A program made the translations under genes and the position numbers. From Tubiluchus corallicola (Eukaryota; Animalia; Priapulida), in assembly GCA_030141605.1 (NCBI GenBank), contig JAQGDQ010001916.1:1-21163 (forward strand): 21,163 bases of DNA, given 5' to 3'. The number at the start of each line of letters is the position of its first letter. Position 1 is the first letter of the stretch. The notes beneath the pieces are model-generated. The model did no database searches. It was not told the origin of the DNA and saw only the letters and a program-made list of their open reading frames with translations. Of this stretch, positions 19,342-21,163 are shown in pieces.

Positions 19342-21163
19342 TGTCACAGGAACATACTTCTTGAAGTAAATCTAAGAAAAAACATTATGTAGGAAAATTC
19401 ATAGCACGTGCATCTGGACCATACTTCCTTGCAGGAAAATTCATAGCGCCTGTATCAGGAACATACTTCTTTGAAGTAAATCTAAGGCAAACATTATGTA
19501 GGAAAATTCATAGCACGTGCATCTGGACCATACTTCTTTGAAGTAAATCTAAGGCAAACATTATGTAGGAAAATTCAAAGCGCCTGTCACAGGAACATAC
19601 TTCTTTGAAGTAAATCTAAGGCAAACATTATGTAGGAAAATTCAAAGCGCCTGTAACAGGAACATACTTCTTTGAAGTAAATCTAAGGCAAACATTATGT
19701 AGGAAAATTCAAAGCGCCTGTAACAGGAACATACTTCTTGAAGTAAATCTAAGGCAAACATTATGTAGGAAAATTCAAAGCGCCTGTCACAGGAACATAC
19801 TTCTTTGAAGTAAATCTAAGGCAAACATTATGTAGGAAAATTCAAAGCGCCTGTAACAGGAACATACTTCTTGAAGTAAATCTAAGGCAAACATTATGTA
19901 GGAAAATTCAAAGCGCCTGTAACAGGAACATACTTCTTTGAAGTAAATCTAAGGCAAACATTATGTAGGAAAATTCAAAGCGCCTGTAACAGGACCATAC
20001 TTCTTGAAGTAAATCTAAGGCAAACATTATGTAGGAAAATTCAAAGCGCCTGTAACAGGAGCATACTTCTTGAAGTAAATCTAAGACAAACATTATGTAC
20101 GAAAATTCATAGCACGTGTATCAGGAGCATACTTCTTTGAAGTAAGTCAAAGGCAAACATTATGTAGGAAAATTCAAAGCGCCTGTAACAGGAGCATACT
20201 TCTTGAAGTAAATCTAAGGCAAACATTATGTAGGAAAATTCAAAGCGCCTGTAACAGGAGCATACTTCTTGAAGTAAATCTAAGGCAAACATTATGTAGG
20301 AAAATTCAAAGCGCCTGTAACAGGAGCATACTTCTTGAAGTAAATCTAAGAAAAAACATTTTGTAGGAAAATTCATAGCACGTGTATCAGGAGCATACTT
20401 CTTGAAGTAAATCTAAGGCAAACATTATGTAGGAAAATTCAAAGCGCCTGTAACAGGAGCATACTTCTTGAAGTAAATCTAAGAAAAAACATTTTGTAGG
20501 AAAATTCATAGCACGTGTATCAGGAGCATACTTCCTTGCAGGAAAATTCATAGCGCCTGTATCAGGAGCATACTTCTTGAAGTAAATCTAAGGCAAACAT
20601 TATGTAGGAAAATTCATAGCACGTGTATCAGGAGCATACTTCCTTGCAGGAAAATTCATAGCGCCTGTATCAGGAGCATACTTCTTTGAAGTAAATCTAA
20701 GGCAAACATTATGAAGGAAAATTCATAGCACGTGCATCTGGACCATACTTCCTTGCAGGAAAATTCATAGCGCGTGTATCAGGACCATACTTCTTTGAAG
20801 TAAATCTAAGGCAAACATTATGAAGGAAAATTCATAGCACGTGCATCTGGACCATACTTCCTTGCAGGAAAATTCATAGCGCGTGTATCAGGAGCATACT
20901 TCTTTGAAGTAAGTCTAAGGCAAACATTATGTAGGAAAATTCAAAGCACCTGTAACAGGAACATTCTTCTTGAAGTAAATATAAGAAAAAACATTATGTA
21001 GGAAAATTCATAGCACGTGCATCTGGACCATACTTCTTTGAAGTAAGTCAAAGGCAAACATTATGTAGGAAAATTCAAAGCGCCTGTAACAGGAACATAC
21101 TTCTTGAAGTAAATCTAAGAAAAAACATTATGTAGGAAAATTCAAAGCACCTGTAACAGGAGC
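19342..21163. repeat. 66/67-bp satellite with 42-bp deletion variants, about 29 units, runs off the window
   Basis: Unit AGGAACATACTTCT(T)TGAAGTAAATCTAAGGCAAACATTATGTAGGAAAATTCAAAGCGCCTGTAAC, with starts at 19591, 19658, 19725 and 19791; five 42-bp short units. Confidence 0.97.

Noticed and set aside
19342-21163. CRISPR-like array or repeat-protein ORFs 19908..20093 and 20107..20376
   Set aside because: Units are contiguous with no unique spacers, 66/67/42-bp lengths break frame, there are no cas genes, and the context is eukaryotic.

Overview
AT-rich eukaryotic (invertebrate-like animal) DNA with spliceosomal introns; not prokaryotic. Left part (1-8000): the last coding exon of a trypsin-family serine protease (+), decaying calcium-binding EGF exons of a minus-strand gene or pseudogene, microsatellites and a 33-bp minisatellite. 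Middle (~9400-18350): a dense patchwork of abruptly joined, mutated fragments of foreign elements, and all the recognisable ones lie on the + strand. These are two PC4-like ssDNA-binding domain copies, a Crypton-like tyrosine recombinase pseudogene, an orthoflavivirus/jingmen-like NS3 helicase piece fused in frame to a pogo transposase piece, a probable rhabdovirus-like nucleoprotein, a SAP-domain stub, and a flavi-type methyltransferase directly followed by a pestivirus-like RdRp N-terminus. The recombinase is interrupted by a 270-bp retroposon that starts exactly at a twister-ribozyme cleavage site. The arrangement suggests a piRNA-cluster-like archive of viral and transposon sequence (inference). 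Right end (19342-21163): a 66/67-bp satellite with a local higher-order repeat. All homology calls are motif recognition from memory; no searches were run.
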